NCBI GenBank assembly: GCA_900542185.1
Contig: UQMZ01000001.1
Span: forward strand, 65,035-129,034
Direction: 5' to 3'
DNA length: 64,000 nt
From: an uncultured Bacteroidales bacterium
Lineage (GTDB): Bacteria > Bacteroidota > Bacteroidia > Bacteroidales > Muribaculaceae
In this document: one piece after another, positions 8,962-17,539 of the stretch
Layout of the letters: each line of letters begins with the position of its first letter
Numbering within the stretch: position 1 is the stretch's first letter
Program-made: the position numbers and the translations under genes
Notes under the pieces: model-generated
Databases searched by the model: none
Told to the model about the DNA's origin: nothing
Seen by the model: only the letters and a program-made list of their open reading frames with translations

Positions 8962-10206
8962 TCAACGTCTGTCGGTTAATGGGGCATCGGGGATTATGGT
9001 GGCGGGGTCGGGAATGTTGAGGTCCTGGCCGCGGCATATTTCGGTGGAGGTCTCGCCGAGCCATCCGCAATATTGGTTGAGTCCTGTGTACACGCGCACG
9101 AAATCCACGCCCGGCAGATGCACAGGGTTGCCGTCGGCGTCCACGGCCCGGTCGATGTCAAACGAGTTGAGGTCGGCGAAATCGTTGGGGTGATTGTCGA
9201 CATATCCCCAGTCGTAGCTGTAAAGGATATAGTAAGTGCCCATGCCGCTGGTGTCTACGGCATTAGGGGCAAGACGGGTGCCGGTGAATGTCAGTTCATC
9301 CGTATCGACCCATTTCGGATAGTATTCCTGAACGTGGAAGGAATTTTTAGGCATATAGCCGGTGTTGCCCTCCGAGTCAAACCAGGGAATATAATAGAGG
9401 TCGGTAAGATAGGGATAATCATTATCGGGAACAGGCTGCCGGTCACGTTCCGGGCGGCGGTACGTCAGCGTGTAATTATGGATTGTCTCCGGCTTATGGT
9501 ATTCGCTGCCGGCCAACTCGTACCACGGATCGTCGGGGATGCCGTTCATGTTCACGTCATAGCTCACCATGACGATGCCCGGCTCGGCCGAACCTCCCTT
9601 CTCGTCGGGGTTCAACAGCTCGTAGAAGGCGTTGCCCCAGATGCGGAAATCCTTCTTGCCCGGTTCGTTTACCACTGTATGGTCGAAGCCGAAAGTGACG
9701 TAGCCGCCATATCCGCCTAATGAAATCATCACGTCGTTCTTGCCTGATATCGATTCCTCGCATTTCTGCAGGATGTCGGCGTATGTGTCGCCCTCCTCAT
9801 ACTGGGGCATCTCGTTGACGAACTGGCCCGGAGCCGGACAATACTCGTACACCTTCGTAATCCAGGGACTGTATTCCACCTCCTCGTGCATCACCGTGAC
9901 GGTAAACTCATGGTGATAGGGAGTGTCATCGTCAATGATGTCGAAAGTCATGCGATACAGTCCCTCCTCGGCCTCCATGAAGATATATTCGGAATCAGTA
10001 GACACTTCTGTAGTGACGCCGTCAGGAGAGGTGAGGGTCCACTTATACTCGCGGCCGGTGTATGCCGATTCAAGTTTCAGCTTCTTCATCCGGTACACAT
10101 AGTAATCGTCATCTATGCCCAAGTTCACCATCTGGACATCGTGCGTGCAGGACGTGAAGAACAACGCCGCGAATATGAAATATAGAATCTTATTCATGGT
10201 CCTCAC
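8962..10206 (-). CDS. Surface lipoprotein (414 aa) of unknown function in a corrinoid-uptake operon; possible BtuH-like/DUF4465-like accessory protein
   Basis: Lipoprotein signal with Cys (…ALFFTSC). Sits immediately downstream of the BtuG-like gene and overlaps it by 17 nt. No recognisable catalytic motifs; the family assignment is a guess from context only. Confidence 0.6.
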   Translation of the reverse strand: MRTMNKILYFIFAALFFTSCTHDVQMVNLGIDDDYYVYRMKKLKLESAYTGREYKWTLTSPDGVTTEVSTDSEYIFMEAEEGLYRMTFDIIDDDTPYHHEFTVTVMHEEVEYSPWITKVYEYCPAPGQFVNEMPQYEEGDTYADILQKCEESISGKNDVMISLGGYGGYVTFGFDHTVVNEPGKKDFRIWGNAFYELLNPDEKGGSAEPGIVMVSYDVNMNGIPDDPWYELAGSEYHKPETIHNYTLTYRRPERDRQPVPDNDYPYLTDLYYIPWFDSEGNTGYMPKNSFHVQEYYPKWVDTDELTFTGTRLAPNAVDTSGMGTYYILYSYDWGYVDNHPNDFADLNSFDIDRAVDADGNPVHLPGVDFVRVYTGLNQYCGWLGETSTEICRGQDLNIPDPATIIPDAPLTDRR

Positions 10207-11359
10207 GTTTTAGGAATGTGATGTGGGCGGGGATGTCGCCGGTGCGTACGCTCCATTTCCTGCGGCCCAGGAGGTCGAAGCAGTAGAGTGTGCCCGACGA
10301 CACATAGTTCTTGGCGTCCGTCACCAGGATATCGCCTGTCTCGGGATGCACGGCGATGCCGTAAGGAATCGTAATCTCCTTCTCCGTGCCGTCGGTTATG
10401 AAGTTGTGGGAAACGAGACGCTTGGTACGTACGTCGACTATGCCATAGGTGATGGTATTGGACTGGGTGTAGTTGTTCCACTCGGTGGAATAGAAATAGA
10501 GGGAGTCTCCGCGAATGGCCATGTTCGACACTCCGAAGGGGAGGGTGTCGGTAACTATCATCTGGTTGTAGCCCCGGCGTTTGTCAAGGACATACATGCG
10601 CGATGGCCGGCTCTGATAGTCGCCGCGCGACGTGACCCACAGCTTGTTGTACCGGTCCTTCTTGAGACGGTGCAGGTTGATGCCTACCGGAATCTGCTGC
10701 ACCTGCTTGAAGTCCACCATCTGAATCACCGACACCGTATTGTCGTAGTTCGGGACTCGGTATCCGCCGGAATTGGCCACATACATATAATCGTCGACAA
10801 TTTCCATTTCCTCCGGCTGATAGCCTACCGATACCTTCCTGGTGACTTTCAGCGATGTCGTATCGACCTCGTACACGGCTCCCTTCGGGGCGTCGGGGTC
10901 AATCAGCACCGGCCCTACATACGAGCTGACGTATGCCTTGTCACGGTAGAATCGCACGTAACGGCAGTTCGGGATGTCCACCTGGCCTAAGCGCGTGCCG
11001 GTGCGGCTGTCAAGCACCTCCACCTTGTGCGAGCAGTTCACCACCACATATAGCTTCGAACCGTATATGCCTATGTCATTGCCTACGTCGCCAAGCTCCT
11101 TGATTACGTTAGGATTGCGCTCGGCGTAGAAGTTGCGGGCGTACAGACCGGTGAAATAGTCGAAATAGTCGAGCGTGCATTTATTGGACCCCATGTTGCC
11201 CTCGTTCACTAAGTAAAAGCCGCGGATGGATGTGTCGGAGTCCGGCACATCGTTGATGATGTCGTATTCCGTCGGCACCACCAGTTCGTCGTGGCGGCAT
11301 CCGGCAAGGAACAACGTCATTGATAAGGTTATGGTATATGTTATGGATTTCATTCTCAT
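10190..11359 (-). CDS. YncE/YVTN-like beta-propeller lipoprotein, BtuG-like candidate corrinoid-binding surface protein (389 aa)
   Basis: Lipoprotein signal (...LFLAGC). Repeated blade-like motifs (YVANSGG, VSVIQMVD, LWVTS, ILVTD). ATGA start/stop overlap with the TonB receptor gene at 11356-11359. This is the canonical position of btuG downstream of btuB in Bacteroidota. Confidence 0.65.
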   Translation of the reverse strand: MRMKSITYTITLSMTLFLAGCRHDELVVPTEYDIINDVPDSDTSIRGFYLVNEGNMGSNKCTLDYFDYFTGLYARNFYAERNPNVIKELGDVGNDIGIYGSKLYVVVNCSHKVEVLDSRTGTRLGQVDIPNCRYVRFYRDKAYVSSYVGPVLIDPDAPKGAVYEVDTTSLKVTRKVSVGYQPEEMEIVDDYMYVANSGGYRVPNYDNTVSVIQMVDFKQVQQIPVGINLHRLKKDRYNKLWVTSRGDYQSRPSRMYVLDKRRGYNQMIVTDTLPFGVSNMAIRGDSLYFYSTEWNNYTQSNTITYGIVDVRTKRLVSHNFITDGTEKEITIPYGIAVHPETGDILVTDAKNYVSSGTLYCFDLLGRRKWSVRTGDIPAHITFLKREDHE

Positions 11360-13362
11360 ATTTCTGCCACGATAGTAAATCTGAAGTTGCGCTTGGGCAT
11401 CGGATAGTTGATGATCACGTCATAGTCCTGGCTGAGCAGGTTGTTTATCTCGGCCATGGCGCGCAGGGACACTTTCTTGATTTTCAAATCTTTGCTTATG
11501 GATACGTCGGAGGTGTACCACGGCTGCGTGTAGTTGTACCTGATGTTTTCCTGCTGGTTGTAGCGTTCGCCCACATAAATCCAGGAATAGTTCAGGTTCC
11601 ATCCGTGCCACGAGGCGTTGAACACGCATGCGCCCGAGTTGCGCGGTATGTAGGGAATCTGGTCACGGTAATAGTTGTCGGATGGGTCGGTGACGTCGAT
11701 GGCGCGCTGGAACGTGTATTGGGCGCGCAGAGTCAGCATCAGGTCGCTTACCGGATTGACCGTCACAAGCGCGGTGACGTCCACGCCCTTGATGCGGACA
11801 CGGCCGAGGTTGAGCATGGTCCAGCGGAACTGCTGCCCTTTGGGGTATGCCACGATCTTGTCACGCACCGTATTGTAATAGACATCGGCGCCGATGCGGA
11901 TGGTGTTGACCACGCCACGGCGCACACGGTCGTACAGTATGCCGGCGTTGTACTGCGTCACATGCTCGGGATTTAGCTTGGAGTTGCCCATGTCGGCATA
12001 GTAAAGGTCGTTGAACGTAGGCATCCGGAACGACTTCTTGTAGAAGGCCCTGATGGAAAAATCGGGCGAGCGGAGCGGATAGCCGGAAACGAATACGGCG
12101 GGGGTGAACACGTGCTTGTCCTTGGGTGATTCCTGGCCTTTGAGCCGATCGTGGATGAATGTGCCTAAGGCGCTGGCCTGGAGTTTGAAGCGTGGCAGGT
12201 TGATGGCCGTGGCGCCGCTGACGAAATGCGAGAACCGGTCCGGCTTGGCGAATCCGTACATGTCGGCTTTCAGGTCGTTCCACATAAAGTCATAGCTCAG
12301 CGACACGTGCCACCAGTCAAAAATCGAGTATTGGTTAGCGGTAGAGAAATAAATCTCCTTCTGGCGATACAGGTTGTCAATCTTCACCTGCTTGTCGTCG
12401 TTGTTGACATAATGGGTTCTGTAAGAGGCATATTTTAGGTTGTTAAGTGTTATGAATCGTCCGAAATCGCCTCGGTAACGTCCCTGAGCGAAAGAGTTTG
12501 TGTCCCAGATGCGTTCGCCTCGCCGCCACACGTTGTTGACGATTGCCCCGGGGACGCCACGTTCCGAATTGTAGTTATAGACCTTGAAATTCCAGTCACC
12601 CTTCTTGATGGTGCCGTTCAGGTTGAGTTCAAGTCGGGTGGCGTTGATGTCGCCGTTCTGGCGTACAGCCGTTGTGTCGTAGGCAAGCTCTCCGGCCGGG
12701 TTGACGCGGCGGTATCTGAATTTGTATTTGCCGCTGGAATTCAGCCATTCGGCGCTGAAGGAGGCGTTGACGTTGCGGCCGAGGCGTATCTCGGCGAGAA
12801 CAGAGGGATTTATCAGGTCAAATGAACCGAAGCGTATAGCGGCACGGGCGTGATAGTTCTCGCCCTCCTCGAAGTGAGGGGTCCGGGTATGGATGTAGAT
12901 GGTGCCGGCGGAACCGAAATCCTTGGCAGGCTGCAGTATCTGGCTTTTCTGGCCGTTGTAGAGTGACAGCGACTCGATGTTGTCGAGCGAGAACTGCCCG
13001 AGGTCTATCTGACCGTTCTGGGCGTTGCCGAGCTCCACGCCGTCGTACACCACGCCGGTGTGGTTGGTGCCCATGCTGCGGATGTTTACGGTCTTGATTC
13101 CGCCCACGCCTCCGTAGTCTTTCACCTGTACGCCGGCGAAGTAACGCAGGGCGTCGGCTATGCTGTTGCTGTTGAGGCGCTGTAGCTCATCGCCCTGCAG
13201 TGTCTGTACGGGAATCACGTCCTCCGATTTGTTCCGGGCCGTAACAACAAGTTCCTGCAGGTTGCGGCCTGTGGTGTCGGGGCGTTGCGGGCGCTCTACA
13301 GCGTATGCGGGCACCGTTGCGGTACTCGTCAGGAAAAGTATTATAGACGTTTTTAAAGTCAT
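11356..13362 (-). CDS. btuB: TonB-dependent outer-membrane receptor, BtuB-like (cobalamin/corrinoid transporter), 668 aa
   Basis: Signal peptide, plug-domain motifs (LQELVVTAR, DALRYFAGVQV, GIKTVNIRSMG) and a C-terminal aromatic barrel end. It is preceded by a cobalamin riboswitch, so the substrate call rests on the riboswitch. Confidence 0.8.
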   Translation of the reverse strand: MTLKTSIILFLTSTATVPAYAVERPQRPDTTGRNLQELVVTARNKSEDVIPVQTLQGDELQRLNSNSIADALRYFAGVQVKDYGGVGGIKTVNIRSMGTNHTGVVYDGVELGNAQNGQIDLGQFSLDNIESLSLYNGQKSQILQPAKDFGSAGTIYIHTRTPHFEEGENYHARAAIRFGSFDLINPSVLAEIRLGRNVNASFSAEWLNSSGKYKFRYRRVNPAGELAYDTTAVRQNGDINATRLELNLNGTIKKGDWNFKVYNYNSERGVPGAIVNNVWRRGERIWDTNSFAQGRYRGDFGRFITLNNLKYASYRTHYVNNDDKQVKIDNLYRQKEIYFSTANQYSIFDWWHVSLSYDFMWNDLKADMYGFAKPDRFSHFVSGATAINLPRFKLQASALGTFIHDRLKGQESPKDKHVFTPAVFVSGYPLRSPDFSIRAFYKKSFRMPTFNDLYYADMGNSKLNPEHVTQYNAGILYDRVRRGVVNTIRIGADVYYNTVRDKIVAYPKGQQFRWTMLNLGRVRIKGVDVTALVTVNPVSDLMLTLRAQYTFQRAIDVTDPSDNYYRDQIPYIPRNSGACVFNASWHGWNLNYSWIYVGERYNQQENIRYNYTQPWYTSDVSISKDLKIKKVSLRAMAEINNLLSQDYDVIINYPMPKRNFRFTIVAEI

Positions 13363-13449
13363 GCCTGTCTGTCAGTTCCGTTATGACGGCAGCGGGGCAT
13401 GGCATGAACCGGACCTCGATCAGCATCGAGTTCCGAGATGTGCGGAGCC

Positions 13450-13489
13450 AAAAAATCCCGTCGGCCGTACGTATGTACGCGCAGACGGG
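13450..13489 (-). terminator. Intrinsic terminator/attenuator hairpin forming the riboswitch expression platform
   Basis: Minus-strand RNA CCCGUCUGCGCGUACAUACGUACGGCCGACGGG followed by UUUUUU (the A-run 13450-13455 on the + strand). Lies between the aptamer and the btuB ATG. Confidence 0.6.
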
Positions 13490-13579
13490 ATGTAACAAGC
13501 ATTTTATCAGGAAATCCGTAGCCCATAGTCCCGCAGGCGCGTGTATATATCGCAATGGCAGGTCTTCTGACTTATTCCT

Positions 13580-13725
13580 GCGTGTCGCGCCTTCTCGGAG
13601 ACCGGCTCCAATGGCTTCTGCGACCGCGTATGAATCCTGTCTGAAATTCAGGATTCGTGGAACTTACAGCAGCGGGTACTGTTCCGGACTCTCACCGGAT
13701 TCCCTATTTTGAAGTTGTTTAAGCA
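13580..13725 (-). promoter_or_regulatory. Cobalamin (AdoCbl) riboswitch aptamer
   Basis: Minus-strand RNA reads AAUAGGGAAUCCGGUGAGAGUCCGGAACAGUACCCGCUGCUGUAAG ... GCCAUUGGAGCCGGUCUCCGAGAAGGCG. This matches the conserved core (GGGAA..CCGGUGA.A.UCCGG.ACAG.ACCCGC.GCUGUAA) and the B12-box/GCCACUG-like element of RF00174. A TonB receptor gene lies downstream. Confidence 0.75.
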
Positions 13726-13792
13726 ACTCCATTCCATTCCCTGACGAAACGTCGCGGCTCACTCTTGAGCCAGGGAATACCATTTGCGACTG

Positions 13793-13800
13793 CAAAGATA
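13793..13800 (-). promoter_or_regulatory. Candidate Bacteroidota -7 promoter element (TATCTTTG) for the riboswitch/btuB transcript
   Basis: On the minus strand TATCTTTG matches TAnnTTTG, about 65 nt upstream of the aptamer 5' end. The -33 TTTG spacing is not ideal. Confidence 0.3.
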
Positions 13801-13865
13801 ATACATATTTTCGCGTTTTGCAATTAAATCAGCAAAACATTTGACAGATAAGGACAGATAAGGAA

Positions 13866-14987
13866 CTATATCTTATAGTGTAACAAATCACGGCAACCAG
13901 CCAGGACTTCGTCAATAATATCATGGCAACGCTTTTCAGACAACTGGATTTTGGTTCCCACAGCAACGAAATCTGATAATTTCGGATGCCCCGTGCCATT
14001 GACGGAGGTGGCATGCTCGCCATTATATCCTTCGGTACATAATGTAAGGTCGTATGCCGGCGCAAGTCGCCATATCCAATTGCCGGTATCGCCATCCGGA
14101 ATCACGTAAAAACTGAAATTCTTACAGTGGTCGTCTTTATTGTCGGAGAAGTAATTGAACAGCATGCGTCGGTACAACTGCTCTACATCCACTTGACTCT
14201 GTGTTAAGTAGCCTGTGAGGGCAAGTAGGTTGGAATAGTCCATGAAGGGCTGACTGAGCGAAAGCCCAAGCAGGGCTCCTGCAGTGGCTGTATGTAACCT
14301 ATTGTTGCCGGAATCTATGTCAAACCTGCGTGATGCGAAATACCTGTCGTTGATTAGCTTAAAGTCGGGAACGATAATACCGCATTTGCGGGCCGTTTCA
14401 TTATACTGATGTTCCAGTTTCCCAATATCCTTGGGATCGTATATATGTCTGAATTTTACAATCCAATGTCCCTCGGAGTCGGAAAACACAGCTTTGGGAC
14501 GCGCGCCGCCGCTGTTGCCGCTGTTATAGAGCAACAAGCCGGCATCGCTGTCCTGCTGTTCTTTAAGAACTTCAATGGCCATCTGCTGAAGCTGGTCGAA
14601 ATCTGTTATTGATTCCCCAGGTTCAAGAGTAAAGGCCGGATCGTAAGTGAGTGCGCCCATTCCGTTGTCTCCTACAATAGCGAGTCTGTCGAGCGAAGAT
14701 AGATCCGAATCGTTGATTCCCTGACGCATCAGAATCTTATGCAGTAGGTATCGGCCATATCCATCGGGTAAACTGTCTTCGAAAATCCCGAAATTGCCGT
14801 TAAACGGCTGTAGATTTGCTATGAAGACTTCCGGTTGTAACGGCAGCTCAAGAGGGGATATGCTGAATCCCTCGGCAAGCCATGAACTGTCGTATTCAAA
14901 TACATTGAGACGATTGTCGGGAGTGAGCGACAATGTGCCGACAGGCCGGCCACGAAACCGGACTTGAAGTTTTTCGGTATGATTCAT
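13866..14987 (-). CDS. hipA: Type II toxin HipA-family serine/threonine kinase (373 aa, short HipA variant)
   Basis: HipA catalytic-loop motif KDDHCKNFSF (DxHxKNFS). 4-nt overlap with the upstream HTH gene (14984-14987). Confidence 0.8.
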   Translation of the reverse strand: MNHTEKLQVRFRGRPVGTLSLTPDNRLNVFEYDSSWLAEGFSISPLELPLQPEVFIANLQPFNGNFGIFEDSLPDGYGRYLLHKILMRQGINDSDLSSLDRLAIVGDNGMGALTYDPAFTLEPGESITDFDQLQQMAIEVLKEQQDSDAGLLLYNSGNSGGARPKAVFSDSEGHWIVKFRHIYDPKDIGKLEHQYNETARKCGIIVPDFKLINDRYFASRRFDIDSGNNRLHTATAGALLGLSLSQPFMDYSNLLALTGYLTQSQVDVEQLYRRMLFNYFSDNKDDHCKNFSFYVIPDGDTGNWIWRLAPAYDLTLCTEGYNGEHATSVNGTGHPKLSDFVAVGTKIQLSEKRCHDIIDEVLAGCRDLLHYKI

Positions 14988-15337
14988 TTTTTTATCGGAT
15001 AAGCGCGTTTATCATCTTTTTTGCGTCGGATCAGCTCAAGTTCCTGCATGGTGTTGAATTTTGCCACACCGAACAAATTCCTGATGTCGGATATATAGCC
15101 TAATGCCATGGCAAGCTTTACGAGCGATTCAAAGCCAATAAGCCCTGTACGTTCAAAACGGGCCACTGTAGACAGGGGTACTCCTGCCGACTTCGCGATA
15201 TGTTGCCGTGTGATATTCTTTTCTACACGTCGTCTGCGGAAATTCTCCGCCACTTCCTTTGCTATTTCCTCAGGATTGTCCAGCGTATAGTTGTCCAATA
15301 ATGACAATATATCATTACTAATGCCGTTTTGTACCAT
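14984..15337 (-). CDS. hipB: XRE-family HTH antitoxin, HipB-like (117 aa)
   Basis: Helix-turn-helix motif ITRQHIAKSAGVPLSTVARFERTG. Overlaps hipA in the canonical hipBA arrangement. Confidence 0.7.
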   Translation of the reverse strand: MVQNGISNDILSLLDNYTLDNPEEIAKEVAENFRRRRVEKNITRQHIAKSAGVPLSTVARFERTGLIGFESLVKLAMALGYISDIRNLFGVAKFNTMQELELIRRKKDDKRAYPIKK

Positions 15338-15639
15338 AATACAGTTAATATTTTAATACAAATATAGGCTATTTTTCTGAAGTATGCAAATCTTCTTTTA
15401 TCTTTGTAATTCAATCATTGAGTCCACTTAAATGTAATTTTATAACAGGATGTCAATCTATAAATGGTAAATCGTTGAACATCTAAGATGTAGTAAATTT
15501 TAAGGAGCGATGTCTGATTCCTAATTATCAATTGAATGGACGAGACGGCCTGGTTTGAATAACAACCGTGGTTTCGACAACCGTGGTTTCTATTTGCAAA
15601 GATACATCATTGTGATGTCGGCGAGGTTGCGGATTATGG

Positions 15640-16203
15640 TCAGCGGTGCCGGCGCAGGCGAGTCAGGTGACGGACGGTAATGTTGAGGTAGGAGGCGATG
15701 TCTTTCAGACGGAACATCGCATCCAGGTTGGGGTGCTCTGCCAACAGTTCTTCATATCGCTGAACCGGCGACTTGCTCTGCAGATTATTATACAATGTGT
15801 AGATATCCGGGAAAAGCGTATCACCCTTAACCATTATCAGGTCGCGAAGCATCGGATCGCTGTCCAACATGCTACCTAAATCCTCTGTCGGGAGACATGA
15901 TATCACGCATGGGGTTACCGCTATCATCGACGTTTTCGATTTCAGACCCATAAGCGCGAAGGGAAAATCGGCGACCAATTGCCCCTTGAACGCCAAGTTT
16001 ATAACATGTTCCGACCCATCTTCACCGTATGCCACCTGTTTAAGTGAACCTGATTCGATATATCCGAAATATTGTGCCACTGTACCTGCTGAAAAGAACT
16101 CGGACCCTCGTTTGTATTGCCGTAGCATTCCATCGTATTGGCACATCTGCTGAAGTAACCAGCCCGCGGATGTGTCGGGATGTATGTCATGACGGTTTAC
16201 CAT
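15640..16203 (-). CDS. Crp/Fnr-family transcriptional regulator (cNMP-binding domain plus C-terminal HTH), 187 aa
   Basis: Size and architecture fit the family. C-terminal HTH LKDIASYLNITVRHLTRLRR. Confidence 0.65.
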   Translation of the reverse strand: MVNRHDIHPDTSAGWLLQQMCQYDGMLRQYKRGSEFFSAGTVAQYFGYIESGSLKQVAYGEDGSEHVINLAFKGQLVADFPFALMGLKSKTSMIAVTPCVISCLPTEDLGSMLDSDPMLRDLIMVKGDTLFPDIYTLYNNLQSKSPVQRYEELLAEHPNLDAMFRLKDIASYLNITVRHLTRLRRHR

Positions 16204-16813
16204 AATTATATGATACGGTGAACAGGGCAGGTCGGTAAGACCGTGGCAGGGTCTGTCCGGATATTATGTTCAGGCACCGAATTCCCTGCGATGCATTAAC
16301 GTTATGACATGAAAAGCGCGGGAATCTTATCTGTTGCTCGTCCCGCTGTGTAAGGCTCTGGCATCGCCCATTCCCATAAGACGAGCAACGCAGAAGCCCA
16401 CGCATATATGAATATGTATACGTCCGTATACACGCATTCATACCATAGGCATCTATCGTTGCTAATCTTGACGGGAACGTAAAACTGCCAGATTCTACAC
16501 AGCCAAGAAATAGCGCAAATAAACGCTTTTATGAAAAATTCTATTGGAGAAGACCATTGGCCTTCAATATAGAAAAGTATTTCCCAACCCTCAGCCCCTT
16601 GGGCTTCCGAGTCAAGTATAGCAAAATTACAAAAATATTTTTAAGGTACAAAATAAGGTTATGTCTAATTCATAAATAATCCATAAAAACTAATTTGCAC
16701 CAACAGATCAGTTTTTGTAATATCTTAGATTTTGGTTAAAATTGACTATTGCGATCTGAGAGGATGATGTGTAATTTTGCAGCATCAAACATCAATAATA
16801 AGAAAAAGGTATT

Positions 16814-17539
16814 ATGAAATTAAAAAATGTAGTGGCAACCACTTTGGCCATGCTGATTCTTGTGGCTTGTGCTTCTAAAACAGAGGAGGTGAAAGACAGC
16901 GCTTATGCGCCTTCCTTCGAAATCAAGGATTGTGATGTGATGCTGGGAGGCATACATTTTACCAAAATGATAAACAATGCCGTGAACCAAGTGAGCCAGT
17001 CAGACTCTGTGATACGCTTCGTAGCACCGGAAGGCACAGATATCTTCATAGATCCCAATGGAAAACTAACCAAATCGACTGCACAGATCCTGCTGACGGA
17101 GATTGATAACTCCAGGCCATTCACATTCAAAGGCCGCCTGAAACCGGGATTCACGAAAGAAGGACTATACAATGCCGCCAACCTTATGGTTGTCGCCAAC
17201 GACACGCTATGGCAGAAAATATGCTTCGAACAGGACGAGCGCGGGAAGCACCGTGTCGTAACGGTAAGGACTGTAGGTGCGTCTGACGACAATAATCATG
17301 AAGTTATCGAGCAAGATAATATTTATTATAAAATCTCATCCGATACCCATACAATAGCCAGTTATTATTCTCTTGACGGTAATGAATGGCAGATGGTTAG
17401 ACTGTACAGGAACGACTATCCGCAGAAACTGTATCTCGGTATATGCTCGCAGGCTCCGGTTAAAGGAGAATGTGTAAGTGAGTTCAGTGATCTTTCGCTG
17501 ACAACAGACAATGTCGGAGATTTCCGGTTAGGGAATTAA
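16814..17539 (+). CDS. Lipoprotein, possibly a concanavalin-like/DUF1349-type fold (241 aa)
   Basis: Lipoprotein signal (LILVACAS). No catalytic motif recognised. Its 3' end overlaps the convergent LuxR-type gene by 12 nt. Confidence 0.5.
   Translation: MKLKNVVATTLAMLILVACASKTEEVKDSAYAPSFEIKDCDVMLGGIHFTKMINNAVNQVSQSDSVIRFVAPEGTDIFIDPNGKLTKSTAQILLTEIDNSRPFTFKGRLKPGFTKEGLYNAANLMVVANDTLWQKICFEQDERGKHRVVTVRTVGASDDNNHEVIEQDNIYYKISSDTHTIASYYSLDGNEWQMVRLYRNDYPQKLYLGICSQAPVKGECVSEFSDLSLTTDNVGDFRLGN

Noticed and set aside
9073-9720. 215-aa + strand ORF
   Set aside because: Antisense to the 414-aa lipoprotein gene with no motifs. The minus-strand gene has signal peptide and operon context.
13187-13712. 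ORFs 13187-13555 (-), 13383-13712 (+)
   Set aside because: They fall in the btuB 5' region and riboswitch leader. The region is explained by the riboswitch aptamer and terminator hairpin.
16187-16441. 84-aa minus-strand ORF upstream of the Crp/Fnr gene
   Set aside because: No motifs, Cys/Arg-rich, sits in an AT-rich promoter region. Probably non-coding.
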